From Auanema rhodensis (Eukaryota > Animalia > Nematoda): DNA of 64,000 nucleotides. Shown piece after piece: positions 51,289-64,000 of the stretch. The position numbers and the translations under genes are program-made. How positions within the stretch are numbered: the stretch's first letter is position 1; every line of letters begins with the position of its first letter. A model generated the notes under the pieces. It ran no database searches and was not told the DNA's origin. It saw nothing but the letters and a program-made list of their open reading frames with translations. The DNA is taken from positions 6,510,001-6,574,000 of the forward strand of contig OZ059899.1 of assembly GCA_964057225.1 (NCBI GenBank), written 5' to 3'.

Positions 51289-54200
51289 TTAAAACTGATA
51301 TCTACTGTTATAGTTAGCCCCATATGAGTTATAGTTATTACCACGATAGTAGTTATTATCGTAATCATCACTTCTATTTGAAAGAATTATAATTATAATT
51401 ACTGCTATAATGGCTAATATAATAAGCGGAATGATTAAAAAGAAGACAAAGTTCAGACAGCAGTCTCGAGGATTTCCACATTCTTTTGGACTCCAATTTA
51501 AACACTGAATCTGAGCTCTTCTTGGTGTTCGCTTTCTGTAAAGCATGGTTAATGTGCAAGCATGGCCTTAGTTTAGCGTGAAATAAGCTATCATCATACA
51601 TATATAATATTTTTTAAATTGTTAGTAACAGTTACATATAGCTGATATATTCTATTGTTTGATTTAGTGTAAAAATTATTTTTTTTTCTAAAAATTTCTA
51701 TGACATTTTGCGCTGTTCCTAAGTTATACACATTAAACTTTTGTTAAGTGCTGGTATAAGCGCCAACAAAAATATATCAAAAGTATGGTGGCTATAGCCA
51801 ACGGAATTATAGTGACTAGCCAGAATTTCAACAACCAATGTGGATATTCATTACCATAATACGATGTACGATTCCGCATTCGAGTGAATTTGCTAGAACT
51901 GAAAAAAAGCTTCAGGCTTTTTGTTTCCATGCAATAAAACCAAAATAAAATTGAAAATTGCAACAGAAATAAACTTAAAACAGCATGCTTTTAGCTTCCA
52001 TCACCATAATATATGAATAATATACAGTCAAAGTACTTTGTAATATTTAAAATATAACTGATATTTACCAAATAACGGATTCTATAAAAGAACCTACGAA
52101 CCTGGTTGTTACTTTAGTCGCTTTCTGAGGAGCTTTCGTAGGCTTTCGTTTTGGTGATTTTCTTTGGTTTCTAGTATTCTTTCCTGGTCTTAAAGGTTGG
52201 CGTTCAACTTGATTTTGGCGCATTCCTCGATCTAAATCGTACTATCAACGTATTAAAAATTTTACTAATTTAACCATCAGGATATCCAGGATAGGGTCGG
52301 GTGGCATCTAAATATAGTAACAATAAGTGAAGAATTCAAAATAAAAAAAACATACAAGGAGGAGGAGCAGGTGAGCGAGGATCATTCATTTCAGTGAGAA
52401 AACCTCCAGTTCTGTGAGTTGTTTCTGTAATTCGTACTCCACCATCTTGTACAACTCCATATCCATGACGTCCATTGTTCGCTGCTCCGTTTGGTACAGC
52501 ACCACTGCCGATATTGAGATTTTCCGGGCGATTTCGTTGTAACTCTTGATGCTGTTGCTGTCGTTCCATCATCATTTGCTGTTGCTGTTGTTGTTGATAT
52601 GGTTGAGCTTGTGGCTGATTTTGAGAAGGTTGCATAGGTTGAACTTGTTGTTGAGATCCAGGTCGCATTTGTTTCTTAAAAATTATAAGTTTTTAAATAT
52701 TCAAGAAAGCTTGGTTAACCTGTTCAGCAGTATGTGGTCTATGACCAGAGTCCCAGTTATCGCCATAATCAGTATCTTTATATCCATGAGCCGGAAGATG
52801 AGGTTCATTCTATAATTCAATTATGGTTTTTGATAATTTTCAGAAATATTTGTACATCTACTTGTGGTGTATTCTTTCCCTTCATATCTACATTAATTTG
52901 GAATGGCTGGCCATTTCTCAGTTCAATAGGAATCATAACATCGTTCCGATCTGGATAACCTGAATTGATTATGTTTTTCTTCGTGATGACTGTATATTGT
53001 ATGAACCTTGTTGCGATGGCACAACATCGTACTGATTAGGTTGTCCACCATTTTGAATAGGAACATTCTGATAAATAGGAGTTTTGGATACAGGATAAGG
53101 ATAGGAATCACGGTTAACATCTTCTCTTGTTTTTCTATATTAAAAAAAAATAAAATTAGGAGAATTAATACTGAATACTTGAGCATTTTATCACGTTCCA
53201 ATAGAAGTGCATTACTATTTCGATTTGGATTAATGGAATATGAAGGTACATTAGTTGGTTTACCATTGCCTGAAATAATTAATTCGATAGGAAAGTTTAA
53301 ATTACAGCTTAATTAGTATGCAACATGTATTTCCTTTTATTTATAACTTTATCAAATAGATATGAAGTTTCTTATCTATATGCATACATATATTTACATT
53401 TTTTAAAACTTGAGTAAATCATAAGATATTTTAAAATGTATAAAACATTTAAAATATATTATAACATATACATAGATATACTTACCATTTCTATTATCAG
53501 ACTCATAAGGTCTTTGATTTTCTTTATAAGGATCATACATTGCATATTCAGGTCTAAAGAATTCTGTTGATTTCTTATCAAATATAAGTAAGTATACCGG
53601 CTTGAAATTGGACTTCTATAATCAATAAGAGTCTCTTTTGGAACTTTAGATGTTGGGCGTCCTCTATCCAAATAAGAATATTTATCTTCTGAATGAATCT
53701 AAATTTTATTATTTTATATTATAGAATGAATAATAATCTAATAACCAGCTCAGGAATTCCACCAGAAAGTCGATTGAGCGAGGTAGCTGAACGACGATTA
53801 GGTGATCTTTGACGAACTTGTATGACTCCACTCGCAGAATAGAATGGTTCTTCTTCAGGTTGTGAAGTCCTCATTGGCTCTAATGATCTTGAAAAAAAAT
53901 TAAAAATTAGTTAAAATATAAAATTGTAATATGTCAGTTATTAGTATATATCAATGTTAATTTATAATATATAATATATTGAATTTATAAATTATTACCT
54001 GGATTCACGTTTTCTTCGTTCAAATTCTCGGCCTTGTCGTGAATGACTTCGTTGTCCAATTGCGTATGGAACATAGTTTCGAGATGCTGTTTCATATACA
54101 TATCTATACACAAAACATTTATTGAAATATTAAAATAGCTTTAAACATACCTAATAGGATTAGTATCAGTATATGAAGACATAGGCATATCCTTTCTCAA

Positions 54201-57200
54201 ACTATAACCACGTTCTAAACTTTCCTTCTCATATTCTGTTTTATGATAACTATGGCGAGGTAATGAGTCTGAATTTGTAATCATAGCTGAATATGGAAGT
54301 GTTTGATAATCAGGTAATTTTTGAGAATTGTCTTTCTTGTCTTTAAGTTGACTAGTTAAAGAAGTTGAATACGGTGATGTTGGACTCGTTCTATTTAACT
54401 AAAATAACACAAAATATAATTGAATAGATGAACATTTCTAAATGATAAAACCTGAGAAGTGGTTGGGTATCGGTCAACATTCTTTGTTGTATTGCTTGGT
54501 GTATACGTTTTCAAGTTATCTGTTGTATAAGTACCATTGTCGTTCATAAATACCAGAGTCGAATAGGTGGAAGACACATTTTTAGTGATAGGAATAGTAC
54601 TAGATGGTGGTGGAGGTGTAGTCTCATCGCTATATCTGAAATTTATTATTTTAAAAATATTTTCAGATTCATATTTCTACACTCTGATTGTATCCTTATT
54701 GGCTGGTGATACTGGTATTATACCAGAAGGTTTTACTCCAATTCCAATCGTACTACTTCCAGAAGTGATTGGAGGACGTCGAGGCTTCGCACCAGAAGGC
54801 GGAAGGTCATACGGTCGTGATATTGGTGTCATGGGAGGAGGAAAGTCTGGTGTCTTCGGTGGCGTGTGATCAATGGGATGTGGCCTCAGCTCATGTTGAG
54901 AATATCGTTTTGATACCGTTTCGGTAACAGAATGATTAGCTGTTTGGGTTTGTGGACTATGGTTGAGAATAACAACTTCTGGATCAGCATCTTTGTAATC
55001 GACAACAATCACATCTTTCATTTCCATCAGAGGCCTAATGAAAATCATTATTGTCGTTAAGAAATCGATAACATTACGTTTCTTTTCCGATGGCTCTGGA
55101 GGAATTACGAATCTCTTCTAAGAGGTTTGTAGGCACACCAGTTTTAGACACACTAGAAACAAGACTAAATATAGTTTTTTTCAAGTCAATGAATGAGAAT
55201 ACTTTAAAAATATACAATAATGAAGAGAAAAAAAGTTGCAACTAAGGTTCAAAAGGCAACTAAGTTGTATCTATAGCCTCGAGGCAATAAACCATGGTTC
55301 GATTCTGTGTATTCTTAGGACATGAATCGATAATGTTATGTCAATATACATATACCAACTGATACGGAACATTTCTCCATGTGCCATATAAGCTTCGTAT
55401 GAATCACATAAACACCTTTTGGACCAAATAATCATTTAGCTCTTATACATAGATAAGTTTATATTATTTGTTTTGAAGTGTGACTACTGATGGAACAACT
55501 AATTGTGGGAGCCAGGAATTGTTGTTTTTTACTATTATTATTAATTAATCAACTAACCTTTCGGAAGGGATGATAGTTGATTTTGAACTCGGAGGTAATG
55601 GTGGAGGAAAAGGCGGTGCTGGAGGTAATTGCGGAGGTCTCGCCGGAAGTGAGCTTGAAGGAGGAGACGGTGGAACAACTTCTCTTATTTCAGAAGATAA
55701 TATGGGAGGATAACGTTTTGTCGTTTCTGTTGTAGATTTATCGTTTCGTTCATTAATTGTTGTGGTAATGGTGATCTGTCGGCCGTCTTTGATGATCTGC
55801 TCGGAAGTTGTTGCAGTTTTTTCCATGGTTGGTTCACGAGTAATAACCGTTTGAACACTAGCTGATGAATCAGGTGGAGAGGCAATTTGACTTTCTGGAC
55901 TTTTCGTCCCGCTTCCCGAGTAAAATGGCTCACGAAAACTTCCTTGTCGGGAAGAAAATGTGGATGAAGCTTCTGATCCACTATCCTTCATACTTCCAGG
56001 AAAACTTTTTTTTTCGGGATCTTTCCCAGATATCGTAACAGGCTTAGTTAAATGAATATATGTGAATAATTCATTTAAACTAGCATAACTCATACACCAT
56101 TGACTTTCCCGTAAATTTTCTTTCAAGGTATCGTCTGAAAAAATGAAATTGTACTTGATTTCACTTAAGGAAAAAAATGTATTGAATTCTAAATCTTATC
56201 TATATTTCTTCTTCAAATGATTATTCTATTCTTCAATAGTTTATATTTTTCTTATCGTCTTTTTTTTTTGTCAAAAACGAGGAAAAAGATAAGATATTTA
56301 AAGAAAAAGAAAACTTACTCGAAGGTGGTTGAAAGAGACAACCAGTATTAATTTTATACACTGGAGCTTCTTCTAGTTCAAGTCTATAATAATTTTATAA
56401 AATAATTTGAAATAAAAGGGAGAATATATTTAAAAAAATGTTTTGTTTGAGTGATGAAGCGAAAGTAGAATTGTTTTCTCTAACCTTCGCAATAGAGGAC
56501 GTGAGGGAGGTGAGCCATCACTCTCTGTCACAATGACTATTACATTTGATCGAGCATGAGGTGGTAATAATCCTAATGTCTAAATATAGAAATATATAAA
56601 AAAAATAAGAAAAACATTCTACATATCCATATTGCAATGACTAACTTTTTGAAGTTGGCTTTCTTCTTGTGTTGTTAATCTAGTGACAGATGATAGTACA
56701 ACAGCTATAATGTCAATTCGCATTCGATCATTCTCGGTGAAATAACTTTTGATGAAGTTGACATCGTCATCTCCGCTACAATTTTAATTAACTATTTTAT
56801 TACAAATAGATATAATTAATTAAATAATTAATAGATAAATGTATATATTACCTTTGATTATCTGTACAAGGTGTATCAATAATAATAGGTCTGTGTTTCA
56901 TTTGGGTGTTGTTGAAGATATAAGTTGATATAAGTTTTTGTGGTGAGCTTTCATTAAATTGCTATAATTATATATTTTATTTTAATATTTATCATATTAT
57001 AAACCTCGTTAGCTATATGATATCTTTTTTCATTTTCCACAGAAGCTCCATAAAAATAACTACAGAAAAAATCAATAAGATCAGCTTTTCCTGATGTTTT
57101 GGGCCCAATTAAAACAATAACACGATGATCTCGTTTCTTAATATCTAATAAAAGTAAATAAATAAATAATTATGTCAATATGATTTCTTTCGTACCATCA

Positions 57201-57304
57201 GCACCTCCTGCATATATTGTACGTACATTTGCTAATTCATATCCTTCCCCAACAAATTTGTTGATTCTGGGAAGTTCCGATGTCCGTGATGGACCGGAGG
57301 ACAT
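51289..57304 (-). CDS. Septin/AIG1-like P-loop (pseudo)GTPase domain + long Pro/Ser/Gln-rich region + C-terminal transmembrane anchor
   Basis: MSSGPSRTSELPRINKF..; VIVLIGPKTSGKADLIDFFCSYFYG (G1-like); RPIIIDTPCTD (G3-like); IDIIAVVLSSVTRLT; NVIVIVTESDG; YKINTGCLF; WCMSYASLNELF. Disordered exons follow, then the TM exon CCLNFVFFLIIPLIILAIIAVIIIIIL. Confidence 0.8.
51733..51898 (-). CDS. Alternative terminal exon encoding a second transmembrane anchor of the pseudo-GTPase gene
   Basis: Acceptor ttttttcag, in phase 2 like the distal last exon. Encodes SSKFTRMRNRTSYYGNEYPHWLLKFWLVTIIPLAIATILLIYFCWRLYQHLTKV*. Confidence 0.7.
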
Positions 57305-60112
57305 TGCCCTACAAATTTGAAAAAAAATTATTTGAGAGGCTTAGCATTTTATCAATAACTAATAGTGCATTTGATCTCAAATACGTAATTCAAAATATAT
57401 GAAGAAATACAACAAAATTTAACATAAAATAAGTTTTAAAATATTAGAAACTAAATAAATCAAAATTAGAAATAATCAAAATAATCAAAATAATAATTTT
57501 CATTGTATAGTAATTGATATTGATAAGAAGTTAAAATTTAAGGAGAACTTGAAGCGTTATTTAGAGCTTCTTATCGTGTCAAGTTCTATCTATTATAGTC
57601 ATTTAAAGCTATTAACTTTCATTTAAACTTTATGCTCATTATGAATACAGTTTAATTCATTATAGGGACAATAATTATAATTAATAAAAAAATAAATAAT
57701 ATGATAAAGATTCAAAAAATGAATAAAGAAATCAATATGAAAATATTATTAAACTATCCTCATATGTTTTTCTTTTTATTTTGCCTGTTTGGTAAGGTAA
57801 AACGAAATCGATTTCGTTTTGCAACATAAAAATCACTTAAATGTTTCTACTATGTCTATAAATACATAGAATGTATATATAAGAGTTATAAACTTAAATA
57901 TTTTTAATTGCGTACCGAGAAACAAGTTGCAGATTGAGGGTAATCATCAGCTTAGACTAGGTCTAATTTTTTCACGTGAAGTTTAGTAAAACATTCAGTT
58001 TAGTTTCAGATTGAAAGAGAGATAGAATGCTATTTCTGTTTTCTTTTTCATATAACTCATGATGATGAAAAACATGATATTCTGACGATAATCGGTATAG
58101 ATGTAGAGAATAATTTATGTTTTTTTCTCAAATTTAAAGTAAAATAATTTTTCAAAGAAGTTCTTAAGCATTTCTTAAGTTAACTATATATTTACATAAT
58201 GAATATAGTTAAAGTTGAATAAAATAATTATTGTTTGCAATATAGATGGTTGTAAGCTAAAATTGAGAAAGAATCAGGTAAAACGATGTGTTATCAACTC
58301 GACACCAATAACATAAGGAATGAAATGTTTACATAATTTACGTATAGTAGACGACAATAATTTCAAAATTAATTGAATAGATTAGAATAATTTCTTATAT
58401 TTATGTTTTTTATAATAATAGAAATGAATATGTATGCATTCAGTATGACACAATCATTGAAAAAAACTGTTTTGACTGATGAAAAAGTTGAGATAAGTAC
58501 TCAAATCAAACTGATAAGATGACCAACCAAGTAAAACCAGAATAAGTTGGCTGAAGGGATCATCGTCGAAGCAGTTGTAAGGGAGTGGCATGAGATGGTT
58601 AGAAGTGATTTGACAATTTGTAGATGATTGACTATTAGTTTGTGTGTCCCCTTAGGCTTCATGCGTATGTGTATCTCTCTGACTCTTCTCATTCACCCCC
58701 CCCCCCTTTCTTTCTTTCAATCTCTACTTCCTTTTCTCTTGGTGTCTTCGTTCTCCTTCTACTCCCTACTTTTCTTCTACAGTGTTGATAAGAATGAGCC
58801 GACGAAAGATATGATTCAGATGAAAATCAATATACACACGTTTAAACATGGTCATCACCTTCTGCTCAAAGCTTTCAAAAATTCCCTTTTCTCTCAAACC
58901 ATTGCCTCTTTTTTCTCTCTCTATCTCAAATACTTTTGCTTATTCTAGATTTGTTTACTTAGGAAAACACGTGAAGTCGACAATCATCATCTTATACTTA
59001 TATGACTATCAGCTTTCCAGAAGAATTATATATGAAGTAAAATAAATATTGTAAGCAATACTGATATTATTCCAAAATATTTCGTCTTCAATAATAGTTT
59101 CATGACTTATTTATTTATTTACTAGTATTGATTAGTATTCTTAATTATTCAACTATATCTATCAATTTATTAGAATTTAAAAAAGATATGTGTATAATTA
59201 AATAAATTACATTATCGTTTTATAAAAAATTCATTTGTCATGTTAGTTAACAATACAAAATTACTGACCGTATTACCATACTTCCGTTTGTTTTGATATA
59301 AATATATTTTTTTAATTTCAAATACACATCTGAAACGATAATTATATTTATAGTTCATATAATGAAATCATGTATCTTTTACAAAATAATAAATTTATTT
59401 CTTATTATATTTCAATATATACAATAGAGTAAGTATAGGAATAAATAATATTAAGTAAATAATAAGAAAATAATAAGTATATTATATATATATAGAAAAA
59501 GAGAGAGAGAGAGACAGAGAGAGAGAGAGAAAGAGTATAAAAATAAACTTCTATAATGCTTATATGTAGATGAGCATATGAATTTGAATATAAAAATATT
59601 TCAAAAATTCATAAAAAGCAATAAATAATAGTTACAAGACGGTGATGAAGAAAAAAGAAAAATGATACTGTGAAGAAAGAAGATTTGTAGATCGTTAATC
59701 AAGTTATGAAAAGAGAAAGCTCAATGTATTGCCATATAGAATTATATGAAAAAGAAAAAATATAAAGAAAAAAGAGAGAGAAAACTATAGAAAGATCAAA
59801 GAAAGATAGAAAATAGTAAAAAAAAAAGAAGAAAGAAAAGAATTTTTCGTAAAAGGCGTTGTCGGCAACATATGAAAAAGAAGAGAGGTGTTCTAGGTAA
59901 CGTCGATTATTGGCAGTTTCAAATGATATTAATGATGATAGTTTGTTAGCAGAGAAGCATCAGCAACATGATGCTGATTGAAGTCACGCTTTAGTAGTCC
60001 ACCCCCCCCCCTTTTTTTTTTCTTCTTTATTCTGTATCTGCTATTTTTCATATAAAACAACTATCACATGCTACTCTCTTCATCTTTTTCTTTTATTTTT
60101 CATGATTCTCCT

Positions 60113-60137
60113 ATCTCTCTCTCTCTCTTTCTCTCTT

Positions 60138-60168
<31 letters not shown>

Positions 60169-60178
60169 TTCTCTCTCT
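60113..60178. repeat. (CT)n microsatellite
   Basis: Imperfect CT run. Shorter (AG)n and (AT)n runs occur at ~59500-59530, ~24134-24159 and ~40308-40335. Confidence 0.93.
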
Positions 60179-62842
60179 TTCTATCTCCATATTCATGTCT
60201 TCGTTGATTTTTTTTTCTTGTTTATGTGCATTCCTTCCACTCATACTGTTCATCTTTATATCGTCTTCGCCTTCTCCTGTTTAGCTATCAAAGCATGGTC
60301 GATTGTCATTTAGTCATTTCATATAGCTAGCATCAACTCGAATCATGTCCGATTTTGTTGTCGAAATTTTGTTGACTGGATGAATCGCCAGAACTACAAA
60401 ACAGTGGAACGCATGATTTGAAGTGTTCAGGCACACGGACTTTAATCAATTCTGTAGCTTATCAGCCCCCCTCTCCTTATAACAAATAAAAATTTATATA
60501 AGTTTGTATTATTTTTTCTATACTTTAAGACTTAATTTAAAAAAAGAGTAGTATTTCAGATAAACATATAAATTCAACTTATCAATCTTATTTCCCAACT
60601 AGTAATAAATAGAAAAAAGCTATAAAAATATTATAACAATTTGTTACCTTTGTTATAATTAACCACAAAGTTTTTCTAAACTATAAAAAAACCGATATAT
60701 CAACTACATATGTATAATATGACGTCAGAAATGCATGTGAAACAGATGTATAGTTAGAACATACATACGCAATGTGTATGTATGTGAATCTATTTCAAAA
60801 GAAATATTATAATTCATTAAAGATTCTAAATATAAGGTAAAATTAAGCTTTTTGAATCGTATTGATGAGCACATTGACAGGATGTCAATGCATGTTAACA
60901 TAGTCGTCATGTAAAATGAAAGTATCTGTCTGAAAATCATTCTATGTGACACAATTTTGCGCGAGCGGCTGCATTCCAAGTTTTTGGGAAAAAAACTTTT
61001 TCACATCAAATATTTACTTATTTTGATTTTTGTATTTACGTTATTGGACTAGTATTAAACATGAAAAGCATTTTAGAAAAGGATTTACTGATTCTTAGTT
61101 CATTGTTTTAGGAATTCAGTTGCAAAAGAGGTTGGGAGAATGGGAGGGTATGAATGCTTACGTTATTGTAATTGTATGACAAGCAAATATACAGATTTAT
61201 AGAAATCATTTTGTGTTTTTTACAAAGTGAATTCTGCTAGAATGAATATTCTTTGATTACTTGAGTAGTTTACAACCAGAATCTTCTTTTATTCATTTAT
61301 TCTATGGTTGTGTAAAAAATCCAAAATTCAAAAAAAGAAAGTATATACACACACACTTCTATAAGTATGATTGTTTACCTGCTTTACAAAAAAAATTATT
61401 CTTATTCAAATTAACCTAATCCATTTTGAGAAATATAATAAATCCGAATTTGATATTAGTATAATATTCAATAATGAATAGAGAAATAGTATTCAGTTTC
61501 ATTAAGATATTAATCTTCAAAATGGATGTCGTCATATGTATTTCCTTTAGTATATAGAGTCATAGGAGTTATAGCTTGGATCCAATATCAATTTCCGGTT
61601 AAAAAATAAGGAACAAAGTTGTAGCATACATACATGCATACATACATATTTATTATAAATCTAAAAGTTCCATTATATTATACTCCAGTATAGTGCAATT
61701 CATGAGTTTTTTCAATCACCCACGTATTAATTCAGAATATGGAGTATAGCAAGAGTTTGTATACAATGTCTTAGCGCATGATTAAAAATTAATATGATCT
61801 ATAGAAATATTTTGTACATATATACATATATCTATATATATATATAGATATATATTTCAGATCTAACACACTATTTTTCTAAATCTGAAAAATGGTTTTT
61901 TTCCCATCCCACATTTAATATTGTCCTAAATGTCAGCACTATGAGCTATTCCATTTCTTTTTTATCTAATTGAAACTAAAAGGTATGTATGTAAACTATA
62001 TAAAATATGTATTTATTTATATTTGTATAAATATTTTTGTATTTAAATATGTATATACGTATATATTTATAATAATTTATAATTGAAAATTATTAATATT
62101 ATTAAAAATGACATGAAGTGAGTTGATGGCATAGAATACAACTCTTTTGGTCTAATGATTCTCATTACGATCTCATTAGTCAAAAATGTAGAAATAGTTA
62201 TGACTGGCTCCACATAAAATATATTTTTATTATTTTTTTTTTCTTTTTCAATATTTCATGTCCTGAATTTTTTGTTTCCAACGTAAAAAATTTAGCTTCA
62301 TTTTTTTTATATTGAACGAACTAACCGAATAACAGTAACTTTTTGAAATAGTCAATTAAATACTCATAAAACTTATTTTCATATTATTTTTTTCGTTTGT
62401 TTTCCTGCGAAACGTTTCGCATTTCTTCGCCACGCTACGACTTCATAGTTGGTTATTTAGATGGAAAAAACATTGAATGATTTGAAACAAATCCATGAGA
62501 TACTTTTCCAAAAAAATTATTATTTATTCAAAATGTTGATTCATATAAAATTACTTTAATGCTATTATAATGAATTTTACGTTTTTAGTTTCATTCAAAC
62601 TTATATACAAGCCTCTCTTTTCTTCTATATTAGTAATATACTTTATCTCAACGTCATCCAAATTACTTGTTGTCTTTTGTTTTACCTAATTGTAAAAGCT
62701 ATTACTTGATCTTCATATAATTCACAAGCCAGAGCTCGTTGTTTTCTTTCATATGGGAAAGCCACTCCTTCTTTTTTTCTCAGACTATTATTGAGCCAAT
62801 ATTCATATAAAGCGTTGAAGTCATTTTGCCACTTTCAGCGCA

Positions 62843-63119
62843 ATGAGCAACCAGTTCCGAGTTTGTGTTATATTATTCGTTATGATGACCATCTTTGTCT
62901 TAACTGAAGCATATTTTCCAATATATGGAACCAGTAACAGCGATCGTCGATATGCAGTTGTAAGTAATATTCTAATATTTTTAATTATTTTCTTTATTTT
63001 CTCACAACCAATTATAAGATTACATTGATTTTCAGTTCCGAGATCTGGCAAAGATGAGACAACAAGCGCAAAAAAAAGGATATACCTTACAGCTTGATAA
63101 TAGCATTCCTACTTTCTGA
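62843..63119 (+). CDS. Small secreted neuropeptide-like precursor (two exons, ~66 aa)
   Basis: Acceptor actttcag lies 4 nt before the ATG. MSNQFRVCVILFVMMTIFVLTEA-YFPIYGTSNSD-RR-YAV|FRDLAKMRQQAQ-KK-GYTLQLDNSIPTF*; the intron is gtaagt...tttcag. Confidence 0.75.
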
Positions 63120-64000
63120 TATATTATCGTCAACGCCCGTTGTTTCATCCTAATGAATTTATATTTAATATTACCTTATTGTTCAATATAAACTACATAA
63201 ATGTCTGTTACAATAAAAAAAAAGAAGATATGAATAGTAAAGTTGATGATAAGGTTGAAAAAACGATGCATTATCCTATCTTCATTGACAGAAAGCTTCT
63301 ATCCGGTAATAAAGTAAACTATTAGTTATTCATACTGATAAAATTAATCGAATTCTTAGGAGGATAAGAATGTGCTTAATGCTGCTCATCTTCTTAATTC
63401 CTGATGCCTCTGCTATTTAGTTCTATTTTCTTTTCTTTTCTGTTGCAGCATTCAATTAATAAACTAAGTCTTTTTACTTTTAAGCAAAAGACCTTTTATA
63501 GAATTAATTCTAAACTTTTTGCAAAACAAAGAAATATCTATATGTTATCCTCATTATTATTTGTCTCTTGACTTAATATTAAATATGTATTATAATACAT
63601 TAAACTTTACATTTAACTTTACAAACAGTTTTCTTTAAATAATAAAAACAATATACAAATGAAAACAATCACTGAATGTATTAAGAATTCTCAGAAAAAT
63701 AATATAAATCATTTAGTATGTAGTATTTTTTTTCTTTTTGATTATAATTTATTATTTCATTTTCTTTTTCCCAATCCCTCTTGCTTTTAACTCGTCCTAC
63801 TCATCGTTATTTCTTTCACTAACGATTAATTCTCACTAATGAAGTGTACAGGCTTATCAATCTCCATGTCGTTCGACCTGAATGATAAGAGGACTGTATA
63901 TAGTCATCATATGAATACAGTATATATTGATTAAACGAAGTAAAACTATGATGAAATCATATTCTTAGAGTTCTCTCTTCAACCAAGCTTTGAACACATA

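Noticed and set aside
55270-55300. B-box-like GGTTCGATTC in an intron
   Set aside because: No tRNA fold or convincing A box.
1-64000. CRISPR arrays, rRNA genes, intact transposases or prokaryotic operons
   Set aside because: None seen; the window is intron-rich nematode DNA.

Overview
AT-rich eukaryotic genomic DNA with many short (~45-60 nt) GT-AG introns and TTTCAG-type acceptors, which points to a rhabditid-type nematode. All gene models were spliced by eye. From left to right the window holds: the 5' part of an ABCC5/MRP-5 transporter (-); molybdenum cofactor sulfurase (-), divergent from a TAF1B/Rrn7 Pol I factor (+); ~3 kb of decayed coding-like DNA of unknown origin; a BPI/LBP/CETP lipid-binding protein (+); two tandem paralogs of an unnamed secreted, furin-flanked protein (-), one with an intronic tRNA-Gly(TCC); a DES-2-like nicotinic receptor alpha subunit (+); a PP2A B'' subunit (-) with several candidate alternative first exons, one of 782 codons; a small unknown gene (-); a septin/AIG1-like pseudo-GTPase with two alternative membrane-anchor last exons (-); and a small neuropeptide-like precursor (+). 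The most notable unexplained signals are: a GC-rich, highly structured ~200-nt element behind a TATA box (48775-48970) with a pseudoknot and a telomere-template-like motif; a duplicated loop-F cassette exon inside the receptor gene; a C/D-box-like RNA and a long G-U-rich hairpin antisense within an intron; and different Tyr/Pro-rich versus His/Gly/Glu-rich tails on the tandem paralogs. No database searches were possible, so gene names come from recognised motifs only.
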